Below, in pieces: positions 11,201 through 24,501 of a stretch of DNA of 64,000 bases. The DNA is taken from NCBI GenBank assembly GCA_032718475.1, contig JAUCBJ010000688.1:1-64000 (forward strand), in the 5' to 3' direction. This DNA is from Nemertoderma westbladi (Eukaryota; Animalia; Xenacoelomorpha). Every line of letters begins with the position of its first letter. The stretch's first letter is position 1. The translations under genes and the position numbers were made by a program. The notes below the pieces were generated by a model, which saw nothing but the letters and a program-made list of their open reading frames with translations, was not told the origin of the DNA and did no database searches.

Positions 11201-14200
11201 AGTCGAAATATAGAGAACGACCATGCCAACAAGGTTAGTCGAAATATAGAGAACGACCAAGCCAACAAGGTTAGTCGAAATATAGAGAACGACCAAGCCA
11301 ACAAGGTTAGTCGAAATATAGAGAACGACCAAGCAAACAAGGTTAGTCGAAATATAGAGAACGACCAAGCAAACAAGGTTAGTCGAAATATAGAGAACGA
11401 CCAAGCAAACAAGGTTAGTCGAAATATAGAGAACGACCAAGCAAACAAGGTTAGTCGAAATATAGAGAACGACCAAGCAAACAAGGTTAGTCGAAATATA
11501 GAGAACGACCAAGCAAACAAGGTTAGTCGAAATATAGAGAACGACCAAGCAAACAAGGTTAGTCGAAATATAGAGAACGACCAAGCAAACAAGGTTAGTC
11601 GAAATATAGAGAACGACCAAGCAAACAAGGTTAGTCGAAATATAGAGAACGACCAAGCCAACAAGGTTAGTCGAAATATAGAGAACGACCAAGCCAACAA
11701 GGTTAGTCGAAATATAGAGAACGACCAAGCCAACAAGGTTAGTCGAAATATAGAGAACGACCAAGCAAACAAGGTTAGTCGAAATATAGAGAACGACCAA
11801 GCAAACAAGGTTAGTCGAAATATAGAGAACGACCAAGCAAACAAGGTTAGTCGAAATATAGAGAACGACCAAGCAAACAAGGTTAGTCGAAATATAGAGA
11901 ACGACCAAGCAAACAAGGTTAGTCGAAATATAGAGAACGACCAAGCAAACAAGGTTAGTCGAAATATAGAGAACGACCATGCCAACAAGGTTAGTCGAAA
12001 TATAGAGAACGACCAAGCCAACAAGGTTAGTCGAAATATAGAGAACGACCAAGCAAACAAGGTTAGTCGAAATATAGAGAACGACCAAGCAAACAAGGTT
12101 AGTCGAAATATAGAGAACGACCAAGCAAACAAGGTTAGTCGAAATATAGAGAACGACCAAGCAAACAAGGTTAGTCGAAATATAGAGAACGACCAAGCAA
12201 ACAAGGTTAGTCGAAATATAGAGAACGACCAAGCAAACAAGGTTAGTCGAAATATAGAGAACGACCAAGCAAACAAGGTTAGTCGAAATATAGAGAACGA
12301 CCAAGCAAACAAGGTTAGTCGAAATATAGAGAACGACCAAGCCAACAAGGTTAGTCGAAATATAGAGAACGACCAAGCCAACAAGGTTAGTCGAAATATA
12401 GAGAACGACCATGCCAACAAGGTTAGTCGAAATATAGAGAACGACCAAGCAAACAAGGTTAGTCGAAATATAGAGAACGACCAAGCAAACAAGGTTAGTC
12501 GAAATATAGAGAACGACCAAGCAAACAAGGTTAGTCGAAATATAGAGAACGACCAAGCAAACAAGGTTAGTCGAAATATAGAGAACGACCAAGCAAACAA
12601 GGTTAGTCGAAATATAGAGAACGACCAAGCAAACAAGGTTAGTCGAAATATAGAGAACGACCAAGCAAACAAGGTTAGTCGAAATATAGAGAACGACCAA
12701 GCCAACAAGGTTAGTCGAAATATAGAGAACGACCAAGCAAACAAGGTTAGTCGAAATATAGAGAACGACCAAGCAAACAAGGTTAGTCGAAATATAGAGA
12801 ACGACCAAGCAAACAAGGTTAGTCGAAATATAGAGAACGACCAAGCAAACAAGGTTAGTCGAAATATAGAGAACGACCAAGCAAACAAGGTTAGTCGAAA
12901 TATAGAGAACGACCAAGCCAACAAGGTTAGTCGAAATATAGAGAACGACCAAGCAAACAAGGTTAGTCGAAATATAGAGAACGACCAAGCAAACAAGGTT
13001 AGTCGAAATATAGAGAACGACCATGCCAACAAGGTTAGTCGAAATATAGAGAACGACCAAGCAAACAAGGTTAGTCGAAATATAGAGAACGACCAAGCCA
13101 ACAAGGTTAGTCGAAATATAGAGAACGACCAAGCAAACAAGGTTAGTCGAAATATAGAGAACGACCAAGCAAACAAGGTTAGTCGAAATATAGAGAACGA
13201 CCAAGCAAACAAGGTTAGTCGAAATATAGAGAACGACCAAGCAAACAAGGTTGGTCGAAATATAGAGAACGACCATGCCAACAAGGTTAGTCGAAATATA
13301 GAGAACGACCAAGCCAACAAGGTTAGTCGAAATATAGAGAACGACCAAGCCAACAAGGTTAGTCGAAATATAGAGAACGACCAAGCCAACAAGGTTAGTC
13401 GAAATATAGAGAACGACCAAGCAAACAAGGTTAGTCGAAATATAGAGAACGACCAAGCAAACAAGGTTAGTCGAAATATAGAGAACGACCAAGCAAACAA
13501 GGTTAGTCGAAATATAGAGAACGACCAAGCAAACAAGGTTAGTCGAAATATAGAGAACGACCAAGCAAACAAGGTTAGTCGAAATATAGAGAACGACCAA
13601 GCAAACAAGGTTAGTCGAAATATAGAGAACGACCAAGCAAACAAGGTTAGTCGAAATATAGAGAACGACCAAGCAAACAAGGTTAGTCGAAATATAGAGA
13701 ACGACCAAGCAAACAAGGTTAGTCGAAATATAGAGAACGACCAAGCAAACAAGGTTAGTCGAAATATAGAGAACGACCAAGCAAACAAGGTTAGTCGAAA
13801 TATAGAGAACGACCAAGCAAACAAGGTTAGTCGAAATATAGAGAACGACCAAGCAAACAAGGTTAGTCGAAATATAGAGAACGACCAAGCAAACAAGGTT
13901 AGTCGAAATATAGAGAACGACCAAGCAAACAAGGTTAGTCGAAATATAGAGAACGACCAAGCAAACAAGGTTAGTCGAAATATAGAGAACGACCAAGCAA
14001 ACAAGGTTAGTCGAAATATAGAGAACGACCAAGCAAACAAGGTTAGTCGAAATATAGAGAACGACCAAGCCAACAAGGTTAGTCGAAATATAGAGAACGA
14101 CCAAGCCAACAAGGTTAGTCGAAATATAGAGAACGACCAAGCAAACAAGGTTAGTCGAAATATAGAGAACGACCAAGCAAACAAGGTTAGTCGAAATATA

Positions 14201-17200
14201 GAGAACGACCAAGCAAACAAGGTTAGTCGAAATATAGAGAACGACCAAGCAAACAAGGTTAGTCGAAATATAGAGAACGACCAAGCAAACAAGGTTAGTC
14301 GAAATATAGAGAACGACCAAGCAAACAAGGTTAGTCGAAATATAGAGAACGACCAAGCAAACAAGGTTAGTCGAAATATAGAGAACGACCAAGCAAACAA
14401 GGTTAGTCGAAATATAGAGAACGACCAAGCCAACAAGGTTAGTCGAAATATAGAGAACGACCAAGCCAACAAGGTTAGTCGAAATATAGAGAACGACCAA
14501 GCAAACAAGGTTAGTCGAAATATAGAGAACGACCAAGCAAACAAGGTTAGTCGAAATATAGAGAACGACCAAGCAAACAAGGTTAGTCGAAATATAGAGA
14601 ACGACCAAGCAAACAAGGTTAGTCGAAATATAGAGAACGACCAAGCAAACAAGGTTAGTCGAAATATAGAGAACGACCAAGCAAACAAGGTTAGTCGAAA
14701 TATAGAGAACGACCAAGCCAACAAGGTTAGTCGAAATATAGAGAACGACCAAGCAACAAGGTTAGTCGAAATATAGAGAAGACCAGCAACAAGGTTAGTC
14801 GAAATATAGAGAACGACCAAGCAAACAAGGTTAGTCGAAATATAGAGAACGACCAAGCAAACAAGGTTAGTCGAAATATAGAGAACGACCAAGCAAACAA
14901 GGTTAGTCGAAATATAGAGAACGACCAAGCAAACAAGGTTAGTCGAAATATAGAGAACGACCAAGCAAACAAGGTTAGTCGAAATATAGAGAACGACCAA
15001 GCAAACAAGGTTAGTCGAAATATAGAGAACGACCAAGCAAACAAGGTTAGTCGAAATATAGAGAACGACCAAGCAAACAAGGTTAGTCGAAATATAGAGA
15101 ACGACCAAGCAAACAAGGTTAGTCGAAATATAGAGAACGACCAAGCAAACAAGGTTAGTCGAAATATAGAGAACGACCAAGCAAACAAGGTTAGTCGAAA
15201 TATAGAGAACGACCAAGCCAACAAGGTTAGTCGAAATATAGAGAACGACCAAGCAAACAAGGTTAGTCGAAATATAGAGAACGACCAAGCAAACAAGGTT
15301 AGTCGAAATATAGAGAACGACCAAGCAAACAAGGTTAGTCGAAATATAGAGAACGACCAAGCAAACAAGGTTAGTCGAAATATAGAGAACGACCAAGCAA
15401 ACAAGGTTAGTCGAAATATAGAGAACGACCAAGCAAACAAGGTTAGTCGAAATATAGAGAACGACCAAGCAAACAAGGTTAGTCGAAATATAGAGAACGA
15501 CCAAGCAAACAAGGTTAGTCGAAATATAGAGAACGACCAAGCAAACAAGGTTAGTCGAAATATAGAGAACGACCAAGCAAACAAGGTTAGTCGAAATATA
15601 GAGAACGACCAAGCAAACAAGGTTAGTCGAAATATAGAGAACGACCAAGCAAACAAGGTTAGTCGAAATATAGAGAACGACCAAGCCAACAAGGTTAGTC
15701 GAAATATAGAGAACGACCAAGCAAACAAGGTTAGTCGAAATATAGAGAACGACCAAGCAAACAAGGTTAGTCGAAATATAGAGAACGACCAAGCAAACAA
15801 GGTTAGTCGAAATATAGAGAACGACCAAGCCAACAAGGTTAGTCGAAATATAGAGAACGACCAAGCAAACAAGGTTAGTCGAAATATAGAGAACGACCAA
15901 GCAAACAAGGTTAGTCGAAATATAGAGAACGACCAAGCAAACAAGGTTAGTCGAAATATAGAGAACGACCAAGCAAACAAGGTTAGTCGAAATATAGAGA
16001 ACGACCAAGCAAACAAGGTTAGTCGAAATATAGAGAACGACCAAGCCAACAAGGTTAGTCGAAATATAGAGAACGACCAAGCAAACAAGGTTAGTCGAAA
16101 TATAGAGAACGACCAAGCAAACAAGGTTAGTCGAAATATAGAGAACGACCAAGCAAACAAGGTTAGTCGAAATATAGAGAACGACCAAGCAAACAAGGTT
16201 AGTCGAAATATAGAGAACGACCAAGCAAACAAGGTTAGTCGAAATATAGAGAACGACCAAGCCAACAAGGTTAGTCGAAATATAGAGAACGACCAAGCAA
16301 ACAAGGTTAGTCGAAATATAGAGAACGACCAAGCCAACAAGGTTAGTCGAAATATAGAGAACGACCAAGCCAACAAGGTTAGTCGAAATATAGAGAACGA
16401 CCAAGCAAACAAGGTTAGTCGAAATATAGAGAACGACCAAGCAAACAAGGTTAGTCGAAATATAGAGAACGACCAAGCAAACAAGGTTAGTCGAAATATA
16501 GAGAACGACCAAGCCAACAAGGTTAGTCGAAATATAGAGAACGACCAAGCAAACAAGGTTAGTCGAAATATAGAGAACGACCAAGCAAACAAGGTTAGTC
16601 GAAATATAGAGAACGACCAAGCAAACAAGGTTAGTCGAAATATAGAGAACGACCAAGCAAACAAGGTTAGTCGAAATATAGAGAACGACCAAGCCAACAA
16701 GGTTAGTCGAAATATAGAGAACGACCAAGCAAACAAGGTTAGTCGAAATATAGAGAACGACCAAGCAAACAAGGTTAGTCGAAATATAGAGAACGACCAA
16801 GCAAACAAGGTTAGTCGAAATATAGAGAACGACCAAGCAAACAAGGTTAGTCGAAATATAGAGAACGACCAAGCAAACAAGGTTAGTCGAAATATAGAGA
16901 ACGACCAAGCCAACAAGGTTAGTCGAAATATAGAGAACGACCAAGCAAACAAGGTTAGTCGAAATATAGAGAACGACCAAGCAAACAAGGTTAGTCGAAA
17001 TATAGAGAACGACCAAGCCAACAAGGTTAGTCGAAATATAGAGAACGACCAAGCCAACAAGGTTAGTCGAAATATAGAGAACGACCAAGCCAACAAGGTT
17101 AGTCGAAATATAGAGAGCGACCAAGCAAACAAGGTTAGTCGAAATATAGAGAACGACCAAGCAAACAAGGTTAGTCGAAATATAGAGAACGACCAAGCAA

Positions 17201-20200
17201 ACAAGGTTAGTCGAAATATAGAGAACGACCAAGCAAACAAGGTTAGTCGAAATATAGAGAACGACCAAGCAAACAAGGTTAGTCGAAATATAGAGAACGA
17301 CCAAGCAAACAAGGTTAGTCGAAATATAGAGAACGACCAAGCAAACAAGGTTAGTCGAAATATAGAGAACGACCAAGCAAACAAGGTTAGTCGAAATATA
17401 GAGAACGACCAAGCAAACAAGGTTAGTCGAAATATAGAGAACGACCAAGCAAACAAGGTTAGTCGAAATATAGAGAACGACCAAGCAAACAAGGTTAGTC
17501 GAAATATAGAGAACGACCAAGCAAACAAGGTTAGTCGAAATATAGAGAACGACCAAGCAAACAAGGTTAGTCGAAATATAGAGAACGACCAAGCCAACAA
17601 GGTTAGTCGAAATATAGAGAACGACCAAGCAAACAAGGTTAGTCGAAATATAGAGAACGACCAAGCAAACAAGGTTAGTCGAAATATAGAGAACGACCAA
17701 GCAAACAAGGTTAGTCGAAATATAGAGAACGACCAAGCAAACAAGGTTAGTCGAAATATAGAGAACGACCAAGCAAACAAGGTTAGTCGAAATATAGAGA
17801 ACGACCAAGCAAACAAGGTTAGTCGAAATATAGAGAACGACCAAGCAAACAAGGTTAGTCGAAATATAGAGAACGACCAAGCAAACAAGGTTAGTCGAAA
17901 TATAGAGAACGACCAAGCAAACAAGGTTAGTCGAAATATAGAGAACGACCATGCCAACAAGGTTAGTCGAAATATAGAGAACGACCAAGCCAACAAGGTT
18001 AGTCGAAATATAGAGAACGACCACGCAAACAAGGTTAGTCGAAATATAGAGAACGACCATGCCAACAAGGTTAGTCGAAATATAGAGAACGACCAAGCAA
18101 ACAAGGTTAGTCGAAATATAGAGAACGACCAAGCCAACAAGGTTAGTCGAAATATAGAGAACGACCAAGCAAACAAGGTTAGTCGAAATATAGAGAACGA
18201 CCAAGCAAACAAGGTTAGTCGAAATATAGAGAACGACCACGCAAACAAGGTTAGTCGAAATATAGAGAACGACCATGCCAACAAGGTTAGTCGAAATATA
18301 GAGAACGACCAAGCAAACAAGGTTAGTCGAAATATAGAGAACGACCAAGCAAACAAGGTTAGTCGAAATATAGAGAACGACCAAGCAAACAAGGTTAGTC
18401 GAAATATAGAGAACGACCAAGCAAACAAGGTTAGTCGAAATATAGAGAACGACCACGCAAACAAGGTTAGTCGAAATATAGAGAACGACCAAGCAAACAA
18501 GGTTAGTCGAAATATAGAGAACGACCAAGCCAACAAGGTTAGTCGAAATATAGAGAACGACCAAGCAAACAAGGTTAGTCGAAATATAGAGAACGACCAA
18601 GCCAACAAGGTTAGTCGAAATATAGAGAACGACCAAGCAAACAAGGTTAGTCGAAATATAGAGAACGACCAAGCAAACAAGGTTAGTCGAAATATAGAGA
18701 ACGACCAAGCCAACAAGGTTAGTCGAAATATAGAGAACGACCAAGCCAACAAGGTTAGTCGAAATATAGAGAACGACCAAGCCAACAAGGTTAGTCGAAA
18801 TATAGAGAACGACCAAGCCAACAAGGTTAGTCGAAATATAGAGAACGACCACGCAAACAAGGTTAGTCGAAATATAGAGAACGACCAAGCAAACAAGGTT
18901 AGTCGAAATATAGAGAACGACCAAGCAAACAAGGTTAGTCGAAATATAGAGAACGACCAAGCCAACAAGGTTAGTCGAAATATAGAGAACGACCAAGCAA
19001 ACAAGGTTAGTCGAAATATAGAGAACGACCAAGCCAACAAGGTTAGTCGAAATATAGAGAACGACCAAGCAAACAAGGTTAGTCGAAATATAGAGAACGA
19101 CCAAGCAAACAAGGTTAGTCGAAATATAGAGAACGACCAAGCAAACAAGGTTAGTCGAAATATAGAGAACGACCAAGCCAACAAGGTTAGTCGAAATATA
19201 GAGAACGACCAAGCAAACAAGGTTAGTCGAAATATAGAGAACGACCAAGCAAACAAGGTTAGTCGAAATATAGAGAACGACCAAGCAAACAAGGTTAGTC
19301 GAAATATAGAGAACGACCAAGCAAACAAGGTTAGTCGAAATATAGAGAACGACCAAGCAAACAAGGTTAGTCGAAATATAGAGAACGACCAAGCCAACAA
19401 GGTTAGTCGAAATATAGAGAACGACCAAGCAAACAAGGTTAGTCGAAATATAGAGAACGACCAAGCCAACAAGGTTAGTCGAAATATAGAGAACGACCAA
19501 GCCAACAAGGTTAGTCGAAATATAGAGAACGACCAAGCAAACAAGGTTAGTCGAAATATAGAGAACGACCAAGCAAACAAGGTTAGTCGAAATATAGAGA
19601 ACGACCAAGCAAACAAGGTTAGTCGAAATATAGAGAACGACCAAGCCAACAAGGTTAGTCGAAATATAGAGAACGACCAAGCAAACAAGGTTAGTCGAAA
19701 TATAGAGAACGACCAAGCAAACAAGGTTAGTCGAAATATAGAGAACGACCAAGCAAACAAGGTTAGTCGAAATATAGAGAACGACCAAGCAAACAAGGTT
19801 AGTCGAAATATAGAGAACGACCAAGCCAACAAGGTTAGTCGAAATATAGAGAACGACCAAGCAAACAAGGTTAGTCGAAATATAGAGAACGACCAAGCCA
19901 ACAAGGTTAGTCGAAATATAGAGAACGACCAAGCAAACAAGGTTAGTCGAAATATAGAGAACGACCAAGCAAACAAGGTTAGTCGAAATATAGAGAACGA
20001 CCAAGCAAACAAGGTTAGTCGAAATATAGAGAACGACCAAGCCAACAAGGTTAGTCGAAATATAGAGAACGACCAAGCCAACAAGGTTAGTCGAAATATA
20101 GAGAACGACCAAGCAAACAAGGTTAGTCGAAATATAGAGAACGACCAAGCCAACAAGGTTAGTCGAAATATAGAGAGCGACCAAGCCAACAAGGTTAGTC

Positions 20201-22296
20201 GAAATATAGAGAACGACCAAGCCAACAAGGTTAGTCGAAATATAGAGAGCGACCAAGCCAACAAGGTTAGTCGAAATATAGAGAACGACCAAGCAAACAA
20301 GGTTAGTCGAAATATAGAGAACGACCAAGCCAACAAGGTTAGTCGAAATATAGAGAACGACCAAGCAAACAAGGTTAGTCGAAATATAGAGAACGACCAC
20401 GCAAACAAGGTTAGTCGAAATATAGAGAACGACCAAGCCAACAAGGTTAGTCGAAATATAGAGAACGACCAAGCCTACAAGGTTAGTCGAAATATAGAGA
20501 ACGACCAAGCAAACAAGGTTAGTCGAAATATAGAGAACGACCAAGCCAACAAGGTTAGTCGAAATATAGAGAGCGACCAAGCCAACAAGGTTAGTCGAAA
20601 TATAGAGAACGACCAAGCAAACAAGGTTAGTCGAAATATAGAGAACGACCAAGCCAACAAGGTTAGTCGAAATATAGAGAACGACCAAGCAAACAAGGTT
20701 AGTCGAAATATAGAGAACGACCAAGCCAACAAGGTTAGTCGAAATATAGAGAACGACCAAGCAAACAAGGTTAGTCGAAATATAGAGAACGACCACGCAA
20801 ACAAGGTTAGTCGAAATATAGAGAACGACCAAGCAAACAAGGTTAGTCGAAATATAGAGAACGACCACGCAAACAAGGTTAGTCGAAATATAGAGAACGA
20901 CCACGCAAACAAGGTTAGTCGAAATATAGAGAACGACCAAGCAAACAAGGTTAGTCGAAATATAGAGAACGACCAAGCAAACAAGGTTAGTCGAAATATA
21001 GAGAACGACCAAGCAAACAAGGTTAGTCGAAATATAGAGAACGACCACGCAAACAAGGTTAGTCGAAATATAGAGAACGACCAAGCAAACAAGGTTAGTC
21101 GAAATATAGAGAACGACCACGCAAACAAGGTTAGTCGAAATATAGAGAACGACCAAGCAAACAAGGTTAGTCGAAATATAGAGAACGACCACGCAAACAA
21201 GGTTAGTCGAAATATAGAGAACGACCAAGCAAACAAGGTTAGTCGAAATATAGAGAACGACCAAGCAAACAAGGTTAGTCGAAATATAGAGAACGACCAA
21301 GCCAACAAGGTTAGTCGAAATATAGAGAACGACCAAGCCAACAAGGTTAGTCGAAATATAGAGAACGACCAAGCAAACAAGGTTAGTCGAAATATAGAGA
21401 ACGACCAAGCCAACAAGGTTAGTCGAAATATAGAGAACGACCAAGCAAACAAGGTTAGTCGAAATATAGAGAACGACCAAGCCAACAAGGTTAGTCGAAA
21501 TATAGAGAACGACCAAGCCAACAAGGTTAGTCGAAATATAGAGAACGACCAAGCAAACAAGGTTAGTCGAAATATAGAGAACGACCAAGCAAACAAGGTT
21601 AGTCGAAATATAGAGAACGACCAAGCAAACAAGGTTAGTCGAAATATAGAGAACGACCAAGCCAACAAGGTTAGTCGAAATATAGAGAACGACCATGCCA
21701 ACAAGGTTAGTCGAAATATAGAGAACGACCAAGCCAACAAGGTTAGTCGAAATATAGAGAACGACCAAGCCAACAAGGTTAGTCGAAATATAGAGAACGA
21801 CCAAGCAAACAAGGTTAGTCGAAATATAGAGAACGACCAAGCAAACAAGGTTAGTCGAAATATAGAGAACGACCAAGCAAACAAGGTTAGTCGAAATATA
21901 GAGAACGACCAAGCAAACAAGGTTAGTCGAAATATAGAGAACGACCAAGCCAACAAGGTTAGTCGAAATATAGAGAACGACCACGCAAACAAGGTTTGTC
22001 GAAATATAGAGAACGACCAAGCAAACAAGGTTAGTCGAAATATAGAGAACGACCACGCAAACAAGGTTAGTCGAAATATAGAGAACGACCAAGCAAACAA
22101 GGTTAGTCGAAATATAGATAACGACCAAGCCAACAAGGTTAGTCGAAATATAGAGAACGACCAAGCCAACAGGGTTAGTCGAAATATAGAGAACGACCAA
22201 GCAAACAAGGTTAGTCGAAATATAGAGAACGACCAAGCAAACAAGGTTAGTCGAAATATAGATAACGACCAAGCCAACAAGGTTAGTCGAAATATA
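5194..22296 (+). repeat. 36-bp minisatellite (~475 copies, ~17.1 kb) built from the ACO2 exon/intron junction
   Basis: Unit AAATATAGAGAACGACCAAGC(A/C)AACAAG|GTTAGTCG = last 28 exonic nt + first 8 intronic nt; translates [13 protein letters not shown] net 4-bp deletion across two units at ~14750-14790 is the only phase break seen. Confidence 0.98.
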
Positions 22297-22379
22297 AAGA
22301 AGGAACTAAAGTAAAAAGGTGTTGTCGAAGTAGAGAATGAATCACTTGATTTAATTTATAATATCAATTTATAAACATA

Positions 22380-22512
22380 TGTTATATATTTATATATTTA
22401 TTATTATTATTATTTTATTTATATAATATATATATATATAATATTAATATAATAATATTATAATATTAATATAATAATATAATAATATTAATATTATTAT
22501 TATTTATATATA
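22380..22512. repeat. AT-only low-complexity tract (TA/TAA repeats), probable SINE tail
   Basis: Nearly pure A/T sequence (tattattattat, tatatata, ataatattaat) at the 3' end of the minus-strand SINE-like element. Confidence 0.6.
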
Positions 22513-23985
22513 TTTCCTACCAGCTACAGTTATGTTGAACAGTTAGCCGAAGCCGGAGGCGACCCAATGGCTCCTCCTTTCGATAGCTGCTACTCCTATC
22601 CCTTGTTTTCCTATCTCCTTGTTTTCTATCTTCCTATCTAGGCGCTACTATCTGCTACCCGAAGGTAGGGGTGGGCGCTACTCCTATCTGCTACCCGAGG
22701 GTAGGGGTGGGCGCTACTCCTATCTGCTACCCGAAGGTAGGGGAGGGCGCTACTCCTATCTGCTACCCGAAGGTAGGGGTGGGCGCTACTCCTATCTGCT
22801 ACCCGAGTGTAGGGGTGGGCGCTACTCCTATCTGCTAGCCGAAGGTAGGGGTTGGCGCTACTCCTATCTGCTACCCGAAGGTAGGGGTGGGCGCTACTCC
22901 TATCTGCTACCCGAGGGTAGGGGTGGGCGCTACTCCTATCTGCTACCCGAAGGTAGGGGAGGGCGCTACTCCTATCTGCTACCCGAAGGTAGGGGTGGGC
23001 GCTACTCCTATCTGCTACCCGAGGGTAGGGGTGGGCGCTACTCCTATCTGCTACCCGAAGGTAGGGGTGGGCGCTACTCCTATCTGCTACCCGAAGGTAG
23101 GGGTGGGCGCCACTCCTATCTGATACCCGAAGGTAGGGGTGGGCGCTACTCCTATCTGCTACCCGAGGGTAGGGGTGGGCGCTACTCCTATCTGCTACCC
23201 GAAGGTAGGGGTGGGCGCTACTCCTATCTGCTACCCGAGGGTAGGGGTGGGCGCTACTCCTATCTGCTACCCGAAGGTAGGGGTGGGCGCTACTCCTATC
23301 TGCTACCCGAGGATAGGGGTGGGCGTTACTCCTATCTGCTACCCGAGGCTAGGGGTGGGCGCTACTCCTATCTGCTACCCAAGGGTAGGGGTGGGCGCTA
23401 CTCCTATCTGCTACCCGAGGGTAGGGGTGGGCGCTACTCCTATCTGCTACCCGAGGCTAGGGGTGGGCGCTACTCCTATCTGCTACCCGAGGGTAGGGGT
23501 GGGCGCTACTCCTATCTGCTACCCGAGGGTAGGGGTGGGCGCTACTCCTATCTGCTACCCGAAGGTAGGGGTGGGCGCTACTCCTATCTGCTACCCGAGG
23601 ATAGGGGTGGGCGCTACTCCTATCTGCTACCCGAGGGTAGGGGTGGGCGTTACTCCTATCTGCTACCCGAGGCTAGGGGTGGGCGCTACTCCTATCTGCT
23701 ACCCGAGGGTAGGGGTGGGCGCTACTCCTATCTGCTACCCGAGGGTATGGGTGGGCGCTACTCCTATCTGCTACCCGAGGGTAGGGGTGGGCGCTACTCC
23801 TATCTGCTACCCGAGGGTAGGGGTGGGCGCTACTCCTATCTACTACTCCTATCCCTTGTTTTCCTCCCAGTAATTCAACTGGTGCTCATTTTATCGACCC
23901 CAGTGGATGGACCCTGGCGGGGCTCGAACCTTCAACCCCGATTGTAAGCCTGGCGTTCAACCAACGAACTAAGCTACCCAGTCAG
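22513..23985 (-). mobile_element. tRNA-derived SINE carrying an expanded internal minisatellite
   Basis: Minus strand reads GGGTAGCTTAGTTCGTTGGTTGAACGCC (A-box-like), then GGTTCGAGCCC (B box), then CATCCACTGGGGTCGATAAAATGAGCACCAG. The latter resembles from memory the conserved core of Meta/RUDI/Sauria-type SINEs. It ends in an AT-rich tail. Confidence 0.65.
22641..23850. repeat. 36-bp GC-rich minisatellite (~33 copies)
   Basis: Unit CTACTCCTATCTGCTACCCGA(A/G)GGTAGGGGTGGGCG, flanked on both sides by CTACTCCTATCCCTTGTTTTCCT. Confidence 0.95.
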
Positions 23986-24045
23986 TTTCATTTATGTTTT
24001 AATAGTCCTTTGTTTACAATTTGTAATTTATTATAATTAATTCAG

Positions 24046-24501
24046 GTGAAGAATGTTTTAACTGGAGACTATGAGGGAGTACCAGACACCGCTCGCAAGT
24101 ACAAGGCGGCCAATATCCCGTGGGTTGTAGTCGGAGACGAGAACTATGGAGAAGGGAGTAGTCGCGAACACGCAGCATTGGAACCCAGACACCTCGGGGG
24201 CAGAGCTATCATTGTGAAAAGTTTCGCGAGAATACACGAAACCAACCTCAAGAAACAAGGCGTTCTGCCACTCACATTCAGTTCGCCGTCCCATTACGAT
24301 AAAGTCAGACCGGACGATAGGATCTCTCTCCTAGGATTGGCTAATCTGTCTCCAGGGAAACAGGTCGAATGCGTGCTGACTCACAGCGATGGAACCAAAG
24401 ACTCTATTATGCTGAATCAATCGATGAATCAGGGACAGATTGAGTGGTTCAAGGCTGGCAGCGCTCTTAACAAAATGGCTCGCGACTTGGCTGGTAAATA
24501 G
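24046..24501 (+). CDS. ACO2: mitochondrial aconitate hydratase, last exon
   Basis: Acceptor ttcag|GTG. Encodes [20 protein letters not shown]...[43 protein letters not shown]...[12 protein letters not shown]. Splices in phase 0 to the exon ending at 5221 to give ENDQANK|VKNV, collinear with ACO2 orthologs. Confidence 0.97.
   Translation: MKNVLTGDYEGVPDTARKYKAANIPWVVVGDENYGEGSSREHAALEPRHLGGRAIIVKSFARIHETNLKKQGVLPLTFSSPSHYDKVRPDDRISLLGLANLSPGKQVECVLTHSDGTKDSIMLNQSMNQGQIEWFKAGSALNKMARDLAGK

Noticed and set aside
5072-14776. 3234-aa ORF as a standalone giant repeat protein
   Set aside because: It is the ACO2 exon reading through its donor into the array. The ATG at 5072 lies in the duplicated acceptor repeat and is intronic.
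5113-22280. Huge minus-strand ORFs ([12 protein letters not shown] and [12 protein letters not shown] repeats)
   Set aside because: Automatic result of a stop-free 36-bp unit; no unique domain or credible start.
5194-22296. CRISPR array (36-bp repeat length)
   Set aside because: The units are head-to-tail with no unique spacers, there are no cas genes, and the context is eukaryotic.
22619-23947. 442-aa RGG-like ORF (YSYLLPEGRGGR)n
   Set aside because: Translation of the SINE-internal minisatellite inside an intron; non-ATG start and no splice support.
23905-23985. tRNA gene on the minus strand
   Set aside because: A/B boxes are present, but I could not fold a proper cloverleaf and it runs into a SINE-like core; called as a SINE head.
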